DNA from: Chrysemys picta bellii
Lineage: Eukaryota
Direction: 5' to 3'
Assembly (NCBI RefSeq): GCF_011386835.1
Contig: NC_088807.1
Location: 1,426,001 to 1,490,000, forward strand
Length of the DNA: 64,000 bases
Every line of letters starts with the position of its first letter. The stretch's first letter is position 1. Below the pieces are notes generated by a model. It searched no databases, was not told where the DNA came from, and saw only the letters and a list, made by a program, of their open reading frames with translations. Made by a program: the position numbers and the translations under genes. Shown here piece after piece: positions 32,461 through 45,142 of the stretch.

Positions 32461-34545
32461 GTGGGGTCGTGGTTAGAGCAGGGGGGTCTGGGAGCCAGGA
32501 CTCCTGGGTTCTATCCCCGGCTCTGGGAAGGACTGTGGGGTCGTGGTTAGAGCAGGAGGCTGTGGGTCAGGACTCTACTCCCAGCTCTGCAACTGACCTA
32601 AAGGCCTCAGGTTCTCCCCCCGTAAAGCAAAAGGGACGTCGCTCACGGCGCCGGCGTGGGAGCTTTGACCCCCTCCCGGGAGCGATTTGTCTTTGTATTA
32701 TGATTGTTCAGGTACAGCCCGCTGACCCCTCCCCCAGCCACGGACCAGGGCCCCACTGCGCTCGGCGCTGCACGTAAACCCTGCAGTCATTCCGTTCCCC
32801 TGCGCTCCCAGATTTGCCGAGGGCGAAGCCGGCAGCTGGAAATCGAGTCCAGGTAAAGTTCCACATTTCCCTCCCGAGCCTCCCCCCACCCCCGCCAAGT
32901 CTGGTGCTTTTACACCTCCGGCTTCCTGGTTCAAATCGCTTTTCTTCCCCCCCACCCCCACCCCCATGGGTGCCTGAAAGACCCACACAAAACAGCGAGG
33001 GCAGCGGTGAAACTGACACACAGCGCTGCCAAAATCCCCCCCCCCCCCCCGCCAGCTGGAAAAAGAGCTGATCCCTCCCCACACACACCGCCCCCCCACC
33101 CCGTGTCTGTCAGTTACAGGAATCCTCCGAGGGGCGCTTGCAGCAGGGGAAAGGAAAAACCCTTCATGCGAAGCTGTGCCGATTGCCCCACTCTGCCCTG
33201 CCGTCCGCAGACGCTGCCGGGGAAATCAGAACATCCCCGTGGGGCAGAGATCGCAGGGAGGGGGCCCCAGTCCTCAACCGGCCCTTAGCCAGCGGGCTGG
33301 AGGCTGTTCTCCCCTAGTTACAATGACCTCCCAGCACTGCTGAGGCCTTGTCGAGGGCTGAGGTGCTGCAGGCGAGTGGTTAGAGCTCTGCCTGTGGCGT
33401 CCGGACGCCTGGGTTCTCTTCTCCGCTCAGCGAAGGAGGTGTTGTCCCATGGTGAGTGCAGAGAACTGGCTGTCAGGACTCCTGGGTTCTATCCCTGACA
33501 CTGGGAGGGGAGTGGGGTCAGTGGTTAGAGCAGGGGGGATGGGAGCGAGGACTCCTGGGTTCTGTCCCCGGCTCTGGGAGGGGAGGGGGGTCTAGTGGTT
33601 AGAGCAGGGGGATGGGAGCCAGGACTCCTGGGTTCTCTCCCCGGCTCTGAGAGGGGAGTGGGGTCAGTGGTTAGAGCAGGGGGATGGGAGCCAGGACTCC
33701 TGGGTTCTCTCCCCGGCTCTGGGAGGGGAGGGGGGTCTAGTGGTTAGAGCAGAGGGGATGGGAGCCAGGACTCCTGGGTTCTCTCCCCGGCTCTGGGAGG
33801 GAAGTGGGGTCTAGTGGTTAGAGCAGGGGGGCTGGGAGCAGGACACCTGGGTTGCAGCCAGCTGTCTCACCCCTCCTGAGGAGGACAGGCTGTCCCGTGA
33901 CTGGTGTTGCTGCTGGTATTTACCGCCCTGGCCTTGGTTTGGGGATAAACAGGGCGTGTTTGTGTTCTTGTCTCCCGGGCTGATGCAGGACAGCGTGTGC
34001 CCGCCGGGGAGAGGCTGTGGGCACCGGCTCTTCCTTCCCATAGCCTGGGTGCGAAGGAACCCGGCCCAACCGTGCCCCGAGATGGGGGTAAATGCCCGGC
34101 TCTGCTGTTTGCCCCGGGGCAGAGGGGAGCTCACTGGGGGGGGGGGGCTGACTTGTGCCTTGGGGGGCACAGATGATGTAACCAGCCCCCCCCCCCACGC
34201 ACACTCCTACGCGAACTCACAGCCGCTGGCACCCACGTGTGGGCTTTAAAAATACACGGCAGCAAAAATCCCCATGCGGGGGGGAAATGAACCCAGCCCC
34301 ACCACCGCAGACTCAGCGAGACAGTCCCTGTCCCGAAGGGCCCCCACTCCGACCAGACGCTAGATGGGGAAACTGAGTCTGGCCCGAGGTCGCACAGCAA
34401 GTCCGGGGCCCAGCCAGGACTTGAACCCCGGTGTCCTGTATCCGAGCCCTGCCCCGCATGGGGTGGGCGGAGCGCCCCCGGGTGGCTGCCCCCTGCCCGC
34501 GCCAGGGCCTGTCTCCTGTCGCTGTCATGGAAAATTCTCTGCCAG

Positions 34546-34728
34546 ATGGCCCGGTTGCTTGGCAACCCCCTGGCGTCGTCACCCCCCCCGGGCCCCCCCG
34601 CCCAGGCTTGGATGCCAGCCAGAGGGGAGGGCTCCGGCTGCCTTGCAAAGAGGGAGCTGGCGCCAAGGGGAAGCGTGGGGCCGTGGGGCTGGCGGGCCAT
34701 GAAGCCGCGGGACAGGAGCCCCCATCGG
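34546..34728 (+). CDS. ITPKC: Candidate first coding exon of ITPKC
   Basis: ATG-initiated 61 codons ending ...MKPRDRSPHR at a consensus CGG|GTAAGT donor. It is phase 0 and joins in frame to exon 39169 (NKPWKK). Sequence similarity to the human N-terminus is weak. Confidence 0.4.
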
Positions 34729-37169
34729 GTAAGTACCCGCGGGGCGCACGGGGCAGGTGCGACCGAGCGGGACACGTTGGGGGTTTTGGGGGGTGGGGGA
34801 GGGCGGGAGAGGTGTCTGTAGAAGACAAAGCCCCGAATAGCAGGATGTGGGGTTACCCGAGGTGGGTCCAGGGCTCGGCCCAGGGACCCGGTCTGCTCTG
34901 TGCCTCAGCTTCCCCAGGTGGGCACGAGGGGGCTGACCCAGCTCCCGGGGGCTCCGGGACATTGAGAGGTTACCGGGCACCTCGACCGCCAGCCCGGCCC
35001 CACCCCTCCCCCCGGGGATAGAACCCAGGCGTCCGGGCTCCCTGCTCTAACCACCAGCTCCCCCCACCCCTCCCCCCGGGGATAGAACCCAGCCGTCCGG
35101 GCTCCCTGCTCTAACCACCAGCTCCCCCCACCCCTCCCCCCGGGGATAGAACCCAGGCGTCCGGGCTCCCAGCTCCCCCCGCCCCCAGGCGTCCTGCCCT
35201 TTTATCCAGCGGACAATGGCTCCCCTGCGTGTTGCCATAGCGATTCACCCCAGGCGCTGGGCTTTGTCTGGCCATGGAGGTGGGGGGGACTCCAGAGCCC
35301 CCGCCCCCTGTTGGCTGCCTGCCCAGGGGCCAGACCAGGGGGGCTCTTTGCAGGTGCCCCTGGTGGCTCAGCTCTGCCCCCCCGACGGTGGCGCAGCAGG
35401 AGCAGAGGGGGGGCTACACAGCCGGGGACCCCCCCCAGCAGCGACTGCCCCCTGCTCTAACCACCAGGCCCCACTCCCCTCCCAGAGCCGGGGAGAGAAC
35501 CCAGGAGTCCTGGCTCCCAGCTCCCCCCACTCTAACCCAACAGCCCCCACTCCCCTCCCAGAGCCGGGGAGAGAACCCAGGAGTCCTGGCCCCCATCCCC
35601 CCTGCTCTAATCACTAGTCCCCACTCCCCTCCCAGAGCTGGGGCGAGAACCCAGGAGTCCGGGCTCCCAGCCCCCCCTGCTCTAACCACTAGTCCCCACT
35701 CCCCTCCCAGAGCTGGGGCGAGAACCCAGGAGTCCGGGCTCCCAGCCCCCTCCACTAACCACTAGCCCCTCGTCCCCAAGCCGGGGATAGAACCCAGGTG
35801 TCCTGGCTCTTGCGATGAGCGAGGTTCTCGAGCGCTGTTACCCTGTGGTGCCCTTTGCCCGTGTGTGATCCCTTCCCCCGGCTGACACGCCATGGCAAAG
35901 CCAGGGACTCACTTGCAGCCCCCAGGGCACGTTTGAGTGGAAAGCTGCCAACTGGTCACCAGGAGCCAGGCCCCCGCGCCCTGCCCAGAACCCGGCCCGA
36001 CTCCCAGCCTTTGGGGTGGGGGTGGCGGGACCCCCAGGCCCCTCGTGGAGCGAATGCACCTGGTGCTCATGGGAAAATGTCCCCCACGTCCCAGGCCCCC
36101 GGCTCGTTAAACCCTCGGCCTGGTTTCCCTGGGGAGGCTGGGCGCTGCAGGAGGGGGGGGTCGCCGGGCCGCGGGGGAGCTGGGAGCGGATCGGGTCGGT
36201 CCCTCCAGCCCTCTGTGCTCCGCCAGTGTGGGATAAATCACCCCCCACTGCCCCTGTGTCTGGCCACTGTCCCGTCTGGGTGTGCCGCGTCGGGCTCACC
36301 GGGAGCCCCGTGCCCCTGGGGGGCTGCCCCATGGCCGGTGGGCCCCGGCTGTCGGGAATGAGCCGCGGTTTTCCGAGCCTGAAAGGGGCTCTCGGAACCG
36401 CCTGAAAACGGGGTGAGAATGGGGGAAGGAGCCTGGGGCCTTCAGAGCCGGACTCCTGGGTTCTGTTCCCACACCCTTTGGGGGCCTCGCAGCCGTCCGG
36501 GCGTCCGGCCTGGTGCCGTCTCTCTGCGGCGGGGCGACGCTGGTGCCAGGGCATTGTTTGCAGCTCGCTAGTTAGCAGGTTACCCCTGCCTCGCAGGTGG
36601 GGAAACTGAGCCCCAGGGCGGCAGTGACTCTGGGCAGACCCCGATCTCCTGGGTTCCAGCCCGGGGCCTCCACAAGGCCGGCCTCCCTGGCCCCCAGGTT
36701 CAGTCTACGGCTGCTTGTGGGGGGTTGGCCCTGCTCCGTGCCTCAGTTTCCCCATTCCCCCCTGTAGCACCCGGCTGATGCTCCCTGGGGCGCGGGTGGC
36801 TTCACGGTGCTTTGGAAGGGGAAGAGGAAATGGTCCGGGACGCCGAGTGACGACCGCACCTGCCCCCCCGCCCCCCGGCTGTCACGTGCAGAGCAGACAA
36901 ACCTGTTGGGATGGAAAACCTGACAGGCCCAGCCTCCGCTTTCCCATGACAAGTCTCTGACTCCTGCCCTGCCCCCCGATGCCACCCAGACGCGGGGCGG
37001 GACGGGGCAGGTCCACGCTGCCGCGGCTGGGTCTGGGCAATTACTGGATGGGGCAGCTTGGGACGGGGATTGGAGATCCAGCGAAAATTGGCTTCCCGAG
37101 AGGGGGGATTCCTTAAAAGCTGCTTTCCTGGGTAAGTGAGACCCAGCTGTTAGCAGGGGAGCGCCTTGA

Positions 37170-37580
37170 TGTCCTGACCGAGATCAGGGCCCCGTCGCGC
37201 CGGGCGCTGCCCAGACCCCAGCAGAGATCATGGCCCCGTCGTGCCGGGCGCTGCCCAGACCCCAGCCGAGGTCGGGGCCCCGTCGTGCCAGGCGCCGCCC
37301 AGACCCTGATAGATATCAGGGTCCCATCGCGCCGGGCACTGCCCAGACCCCAGCCGAGATGGGGGCCCCGTCGCGCCGGGTGCTGCCCAGACCCCAGCCG
37401 AGATCGGGGTCCCATCGTGCCGGGGGCTGCCCAGACCCTGACAGAAATCAGGGTCCCATCGCGCCAGGCGCTGCCCAGACCCCAGACGAGATGGGGGCCC
37501 CGTCATGCCGGGCGCTGCCCAGACCCTGACAGAGATCAGGGCCCCGTTGGTCCCGGCGCTGCCCAGACCCGGGCTGGGCG
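37170..37580. repeat. ~43-bp tandem repeat (dispersed family also at 8395-8540, 12320-12405, 44460-44625)
   Basis: GCCGGGCGCTGCCCAGACCCCAGCCGAGATC(A/G)GGG(C/T)CCC(G/A)TCG repeated. Confidence 0.85.
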
Positions 37581-39168
37581 CTGCGCCCATCCAGAGCAAC
37601 AGAGGGAAGGCTGTTCTCCCCATGTCACTGCTGGGGGACTGAGGCCTGGGGAGATGCAAGGAGTTGCCCAGGGCTGCCCCGTACATCAGTGGCAGAGGCC
37701 AGGTGTCCTGACTCCAGTTCCAGGCCCTCGCCGCTGGCCGACCAGTTTCCCCCTCCCCCCCACCCCAGCTTGGTTGTGCCTCGGCCCTGGTCACGCCAGC
37801 AGGTTTCTGCTCGGAGCTCACGGCCGCCTCGCACAGAGTCAGCAAGAAACCACGAGGCGCTTGTGATGGAAAATGTGCGTCAGGCCGGGGCCGGGCCCGG
37901 GGCCCGGGGAAGTGCTCTGGGGGAAGTGCTGAGCGGTGCGGGGGGAGGGAGTGTCTGTTGAAAGGGTGAAGCTGGTGCAGCCGTGAACTGGTTTGGTAAC
38001 AATGGCTGAGGCTCGTGGCTGTGTTGTGTTCTTGAGAAACCCCTAGAACCCAGGCGTCCGGGCTCCCAGCCCCCCCCCGCACTCTAACCACTAGAGCCCA
38101 CTCCCCTCGCAGAGCTGGGGAGAGAACCCAGGAGTCCTGGCTCCCAGACATGAGGCCCACATGGGCTTGTCCCTCAGGGCCCATATGGGGGTGGGGGTGG
38201 CCTTGGCCTGGCCCTCCCACCTCCTGCCCCTGAGCAGAGGGGCCAGCCCGGGGGCCAGTCTCAGCAGCTCCCGGACTAGCTGGTGCCAGCAGGTGGTAGG
38301 GACCCCGCCCCCCTGCACCGACCTGTGCCCTGGGTGAAAGTCCAGGCGGGGGGCGGGGATGGGGACTCTGATCCGCGCCGAGCGGCGGTGCCAAGCCAGC
38401 GTCTTTCCGTGGGGCAGCACCCGCCTTGACCTGGGCTCCAGCCAACCGGCTCTGGGCCCCCGGCGGTTAGCAGGGCCAGACCCCAGCTGACTGGGATGCA
38501 GGAGGGGGCAATGCCAGAGGTCGGAGGGGGCTGGGGGAGGGCGCAGTGTCTGGGTGCCTGCCAGGGGGAGGTGTCGAAGGCCCAGACGGGCGACAGGCTC
38601 ACCTGGGCGGGAACCCCCCATAACCAATGGTCGGGCCCAGCCGAGCTTCCGAACTAGCCGCATGCATGGGGTCAGGGGGGCTGGGAGCCAGGAGTCCTGG
38701 ATTCTCTCCCCGGCTCTGGGAGGGGAGTGGGGTCTGGTGGTTAGAGCAGGGGGGGGCTGGGAGCCAGGACTCCTGGGTTCTATCCCAGCTCTGGGAGGGG
38801 AGTGGGGTCTAGTGGTTAGAGCGGGCGGCCGGGGGGGGGGAGCTGGGAGCCGGGAGCCAGGACTCCTGGGTTCTATCCCAGCTCTGGGAGGGGAGCAGGG
38901 TCTAGTGGTTAGAGCAGGGGTTGGGGGAGGAGTCCCTCCCTTTTTGTTCTTTTCTGAGCTCTGCCGCAGTTATTCTGGGCCTTAGTTTCCCCACCTGTAA
39001 CATGGGGAGAACAATCCTTCCTGTGAGCTGTGCGGAGCAGGTAGGGGCTCTCACTTGGGGTCTGTGCAGCACCTGGCACACTGGGACTGGGGGGGGGTGA
39101 TCTCAGGGACCCTCCTACAGTACGGGGGGTGGCTTGGGCACTAACTCCCTCCCTGCCTTTCTCTGTAG

Positions 39169-42100
39169 AACAAGCCGTGGAAGAAACTCAAGAGCATGGT
39201 CCACTGGTCGCCTTTCGTCGTGTCCTTCAAGAAGCGCTACCCCTGGGTGCAGCTGGCCGGCCATGCGGGTGAGAGGGGCCGCGGGAACGGGGGGCACGGT
39301 AAGCCCGTGCGGGGAGGGGAGCTCTGCTGGGGGGTGCAGCCAGCCCCGATGGTGGCTGGCGAAGGCAGTGCCGTGTGCCCAGCGGGCACGGGCCGGGGTG
39401 TGTCCATGCTCCCCTGACCCCAGCCATCCCCTCCTTCCCCCGCAGGGAATTTCAAAGCCGGGGACTACGGGCGGATCCTGAAGAAGTTCTGCCCGCGGGA
39501 GCAGCAGTGCCTGGAGCGCCTCATGCGGGACTCACTGCGCCCCCACGTGCCCACCTACTTCGGGCTGGCGCAGCGGGACGGCGAGCGCTACAACCAGATG
39601 GAGGATCTGCTGGCCAGCTTCGAGACGCCCTCCATCATGGACTGCAAGATGGGGGTCAGGTGAGAACCTGGCTGCGTGGCACAGGCAAGCTGCCTCAGCG
39701 AGAGAACCCAGGAGTCCTGGCTCCCAGCCCCCCTGCTCTAATCACTAGCCCCCACTCCCCTCCCAGAGCCGGGAGAGAACCCAGGAGTCCTGGCTCCCAG
39801 CCCCCCTGCTCTAATCACTAGCCCCCACTCCCCTCCCAGAGCCGGGGAGAGAACCCAGGAGTCCTGGCTCCCAGCCCCCCCTGCTCTAACCCACTAGCCC
39901 CCACTCCCCTCCCAGAGCCGGGGAGAGAACCCAGGAGTCCTGGCTCCCAGCCCCCTCCTCTAACCACTATCCCCCACAGCCGGGGTAGAACCCAGGAGCC
40001 CTGCGCTGGGAGTGCCAGAGCCAAGGGCTGGCTGAGGCATGGGCCGTGGGGTGAGCGCCCCCGGCTGATCCCCGCTCTGCCCCCCGCAGGACGTACCTGG
40101 AGGAAGAGCTGGAGCAAGCTCGCCAGCGGCCCCGGCTGCGCTGTGACATGTACGAGAAGATGGTGGCGGTGGACCCGGGGGCGCCCACGCCCGAGGAGCA
40201 TGCCCAGCGCGCCGTGCTCAAACCCCGTTACATGCAGTGGAGGGAGTCGCTCAGCTCCACCGCCACGCTGGGCTTTCGCATCGAGGGCATCAAGGTGGGG
40301 GCCACGAGCTGGGGCCGAGCTAGCCTGGCTGGGGGGTCACATCTGGCTGGGGCAGAGCTAGGCTGGCTGGAGCAGGGGCGTCTGGCTCTGGGGAGGGGAG
40401 ATCACGTCTGGCTGGAGCAGGGGCGTCTGGCTCTGGGGAGGGGAGATCACGTCTGGCTGGGGCAGGGGCGTCTGGCTCTGGGGAGGGGAGATCACGTCTG
40501 GCTGGGGCAGGGGCGTCTGGCTCTGGGGAGGGGAGATCACGTCTGGCTGGGGCAGGGGCGTCTGGCTCTGGGGAGGGGAGATCACGTCTGGCTGGGGCAG
40601 GGGCGTCTGGCTCTGGGGAGGGGAGATCACGTCTGGCTGGGGCAGGGGCGTCTGGCTCTGGGGAGGGGAGATCACGTCTGGCTGGGGCAGGGGCGTCTGG
40701 CTCTGGGGAGGGGAGATCACGTCTGGCTGGGGCAGGGCTGGTTCTAGGGGCAGCGGGTCTGACTGGGGCACGTGCGTCCCCCTCGGCCCCCCATGCCCCG
40801 GCCTGACGGGTCTCTGTGTCCCCAGAAAGCTGACGGCACCTGCAGCACCAACTTCAAGAAGACGCGGCTGCCCGAGCAGGTGGTGCAGGCACTGGGCGAC
40901 TTCGTGGACGGCGACAGAACCATTCTGGTGAGGGGCTGGGCTCCCCGGTGGTGCTGCTGGCCCTGGGTGGGGGGGCATCGCCCAGAGCTTGGGCTTTTCG
41001 CTGCCAAGATGCAGCCAGCTCTGGGGTACAGTACAGCGGCTGGCTAGTATCTGTGTGACTTTTGTTTCAACCAGCATGCGGCAGCACAGCGCCCCCTAGT
41101 GCTGTCCTAGCGCCAGCCCTGCCTGCCAGGGGAGAGCGCCCCCTGCTGAGCCCCCATCCCACAGCCCCCCAACACTACCGTGGTGCCAGCACCTGCCGAT
41201 CGGGCCAGCCGCATTCCCCTCCCTGCCAGGGCCCAGACGGGCTGGGCCTCGCTAGTGCTCAGGTGGGTCCCGCAGCGCCTTCGCCCCCTGCTGGCCTCCT
41301 GCAGCTACCTCGGCCTCACCTGTCCACCTCCCCTCTTCCTCCCCAGACAAACTACCTGGGCCGCTTGAAGGAGCTGCGGGCGGCGCTGGAGCAGTCCGAG
41401 TTCTTCAAGACCCACGAGGTAGGTTCTGGCTGGGTGTGGGGCTGAGGGAGGCGGCAGGCCTGTGGGGGAGGCGCTCCCTGACGAGTGGGGGGCCCAGCCA
41501 GTGGCCCTCGCCCTGGGGATCTGGGCCCATGCGCCAGGATGCAGGGTCTGTTCTCCTGCCCCCTGGCAGCCCCGGGTCCGTAGGAAGCAACACGTCTCCC
41601 CTCTGGCCACGCCTGGATGCGCTGGGTTCTACAGCGCCTGCCTCCTGTGGATCCCAGAGCAATGAATGGACCCAGGAGTCCTGGCTCCCAGCCCCCCTGC
41701 TCTAACCACTAGACCCCACTCCCTTCCCAGAGCTGGGGAGAGAATCCAGGAGTCCAGCCTCCCTCCGCCCCCCTGCTCTAACCACTAGACCCCACTCACC
41801 TCCCAGAGCTGGGGATAGAACCCAGGAGTCCTGGCTCCCAGCCCCCCTGCTCTAACCCACCAGAGCCCACTCCGCTCTCAGAGCCGGGGAGAGAACCCAG
41901 GAGTCCAGCCTCCCTCCCCCCCCCCGCTCTAACCACTAGACCCCGCTCCCCTCCCAGAGCTGGGGAGAGAACCCAGGAGTCCTGGCTCCCAGCCCCCCAC
42001 TCACTGAGCTCTGTGTTTGCCCCCCGACAGGTGGTGGGGAGCTCTCTGCTGTTTGTCCATGACCGGACGGGGCTGGCCAAGGTCTGGATGATCGACTTCG

Positions 42101-42234
42101 GCAAGACGGTGCCGCTGGCCGGGGGACAGACGCTGACGCACCGGCTGCCGTGGGTGGAGGGGAACCGGGAGGACGGCTACCTCTGGGGGCTGGACAATCT
42201 CATCGCCATCTTCAGCACCATGGAGCAGGACTGA
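39169..42234 (+). CDS. ITPKC: Inositol-trisphosphate 3-kinase C, CaM-binding and catalytic exons
   Basis: Exons 39169-39268, 39446-39659, 40090-40294, 40826-40927, 41347-41418, 42031-42234 (100/214/205/102/72/204 nt), all GT-AG. IPK motifs PSIMDCKMG (PxxxDxKxG), SSLL and IDFG are present. Paralogue identity comes from synteny. Confidence 0.93.
40370..40738. repeat. 45-bp near-perfect minisatellite, about 8 copies (ITPKC intron)
   Basis: GGGGCAGGGGCGTCTGGCTCTGGGGAGGGGAGATCACGTCTGGCT. Confidence 0.95.
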
Positions 42235-44343
42235 GCCGGGCGCCGGCTCTGTGCAATAGCTGGGCACTGCCGTGCGGTGCCCTCCCTGCCTCTTATTTAT
42301 ACAGCCAGATATGCTACAGCCCCGCTCGGCGCTGGGGCCCATCGCGCCCCGTCTGCCTGGGCCAGCTTCCAGCAGCTCGGCTCAGACGGCCCCGCGCCGG
42401 GGAGAGGATAGGTGCAGTGCCCGGCCCGTCACGCAGACGTCACGGGACCCGGTTTACGCCAGCTAACGGGAAGGGGCGAGAACTGGTCCCATCTCGGAGA
42501 GGAGCCGTTTCCCGCCCAGCCGGGGAAACCCTGGGAAGGCCGAGATTGGAGCTTTGGGGCACTCGACGGGAGACACCCACGTTTCGGAGGGCACTGACTC
42601 GGCGATCCTGCACTCCAGGCCCCGGCAGTGACGCCGGCTGGAACCGAACCGAAGGGGGTTTGGATCCTCCAGGCCCCTCTCCTGTTCACGGCCCATTTTC
42701 CTTCAGCTCTGCTTAATTTCACAGCTGGGCCCGGGGGGCGAGGCCTCCCAGCCCCGATTCCAGCCCCACCACCGGGCTGCTCCAGGGGACCTGATCTGCA
42801 GGGAGCTGCCCGTGGGCGGGGCAGCAGCGCCCCCACCTTACCGATTCATGGGAGGTTAAATTCGAGACACTTTAAAAGACTTTTTGGCAATAGCGACTGG
42901 GCCCTGGCGTGGCGGGCGGCTGTGGGCTCTGAGGCGAGCCTCCCGGGTGGCGGGTCGACCCCCAGCTGCGGCTGCAGGGTTCTCGTCCCTTCCCCTGAAG
43001 CATTCGTGGCCCTGCTGGAGGGTGAGCCGGGCTGGAACGCTCAGCCCGTCTTTACAGGGGTCTCGGCCCCTTGAGAACCAACCGGGACGCCACCTCCTCT
43101 GCCAGCTGTGTGTGGGTCTCCTAGCCAGCCTTGGGCTCTCGCCCTTCGCGCAGGGCCCTGGCACGGCCACCTCCTCTGCCAGCTGTGTGTGGATCTCCTA
43201 GCCAGCCTTGGGCTCGCCGCGGGCTCTCACCCTTCGCACGGGGCGCTGGCACGGCCAGTCGCGGGCCACTTCTCTGCCAGGTTCCCGGCCTGGGCTGAGG
43301 AACGCACGTGTCGCACCTGATTCACAAGGGCCCGAGTGAGGCGCCCGGGTTCCTCTTGCTCGGCCGCGCTCGCTGCGTCTGCGTGAGCATCTCACGGGCA
43401 GAACCAACCCCTTGGGAGTCGCTTCCACCTGCCCCAGCTTTGAGCCTGGCCAATGGGGAGCCTTTTCCAAGGCGCAAGCGACGGCTGGATTCAGGAGCTC
43501 TGGCTGCATTGGGCCCGACCCTAGTGGCAGAGATGACCAAGGGCCCTGCCGGGAGCTGCCTGAGCCGTGGCCGCCCTGCGTGGGAGCCGGTCCAGCTCTG
43601 CCTGAGCACGGACTCACTGCACCCAGGAGCTTGTGGGGGCAGGCGGGCGCGGTTCAGGGGACCCTCCTCGGGCTCAGGAGCGCAGCGTGGAGCTGGCCAG
43701 CGGGGACGGGCCCTTCCGAATCCAGCCGCCAGGGGTTCTGGCTGCCCTCAATAGCGCTGGGTCGCACCGGCAGGGCAGAGGCCAAGCGCTGGAAATGCGG
43801 CTGCCCCGGCTGAGCCACCGGCTCCGAGCCTTTGATTCAAACCTCGGAGAGCAGCTGCCACAGGTGCTAGTCCCTGCTGGCCATTCCCGGCCAGCCCAGG
43901 GCCCCGCAGCGGAACTGACAGCGGCACTCAAGAGTCCCCAGCCGAGATCTGGGCGCTGCACGCACCCCGCGAGAGACAGTCCCTGCCCAAAGAGCTCACA
44001 GTCCAAAGGCGGGGAGGGGAAACTGAGGCACGGAGCGGCGCAGAGGCTTGCCCAGGGTCAGTGGCAGAGCTGGGAATGGAACCCAGGAGTCAGCACCCAA
44101 CCCATGCGACCTTGCTGCCCGAGGCTGTGAGCGGGTCAGCTCCTGGAGGGGGAGTTCTGAACAGGTCCCCCAGTGGTAGCGGAGCCCCTCCAGCCAGTGG
44201 AGCGAGGGGTGCTCCTGCTCCCTGCACGCAGGCAGGACGTTCTCAGGACCGAGCGTTGTCCCTGGCCCATTCCCCTGCGTGGGGCTCTGCCGCCCCTCTG
44301 GAGACGGGAACACGGCTAGGCCTCCGGGGCCGGAACCTGTCAC

Positions 44344-44392
44344 AATAAACAGAACCTGCCGGTGTGGAAACCAAACAGCCTTTGTCTTTAAT
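44344..44392. terminator. Convergent poly(A) signals: ITPKC AATAAA (+, 44344-44349) and ACTMAP ATTAAA (-, 44392-44387)
   Basis: Both hexamers read directly. Each has a U/GU-rich tract downstream on its own strand. Confidence 0.65.
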
Positions 44393-45142
44393 GCATGTTT
44401 GCTGGGCATGGGTTAAAGTTCCCAAGTTCACTGTATGACAGCAGCTCTAGAGAACCGAGACCATCGCGCCGGGCGCTGCCCAGACCCCACCTGAGATCAG
44501 GCCCCGTCGCGCCGGGCGCTGCCCAGACCCCTCCCGAGATCAGGGCCGCGTCGGACCGGGCGCTGCCCAGACCCCGCCCGAGATCAGGGCCCCATCGGAC
44601 CGGGCGCTGCCCAGACCCCGACTGAGAGCCAGTCCCTGCTCTCAAGAGCTAACAGTGGCGGGTGGCAGACAGGAAGCGTTAAGTTATTTTCAGAGCCGGC
44701 CACAAGTACCTGCCGTTTCCTGGCGCCGTGGCCCCAAACCAGGAATCTGGGACATTCTGAAAAGCGTCACTGGGTAGAAGAGCAGTAGTGCCTCTGGAGA
44801 GGGCCTGAAATAGCTGCTCCTCCCCCATGGCCGCAGCCCGGCGGGCATCAGCAAAAAGGGGCCGGGGCCGCACCCGGCACTTTAACCCCAGCGGCTGTCT
44901 CCTCAGTGGGTCTGAGTATGCTACGCTCTGCCCCTCCCTGTGCACCGCTCCGTCTCCAGGCACCTGCAAAGGAGGGCAGGATCATTGGCCCCATTTTGCA
45001 GAGAGGAAACTGAGGCACAGAGAGGGGAAGAGCGGCAGAGCCAGGCCCCCCCGAGTCCCAGATCAGTGCTCCACCCACTAGGCCCCACTGTCCCTTGTAG
45101 CATGGGCAGGGAGTTTGCAGCAGGCGGGCGCTCCGGTGGCGC

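Noticed and set aside
35274-35440. ORF MEVGGTPEPPPPVG... as a remnant of human-like ITPKC exon 1 (TPEP..PVG)
   Set aside because: The similarity is a few low-complexity residues, there is no suitable donor, and the ORF runs into a repeat array.
37081-37137. CTGG|GTAAGT donor as an ITPKC coding exon end
   Set aside because: The phase-0 frame has a TAA five codons upstream. It could only be a non-coding exon, and there is no further support.
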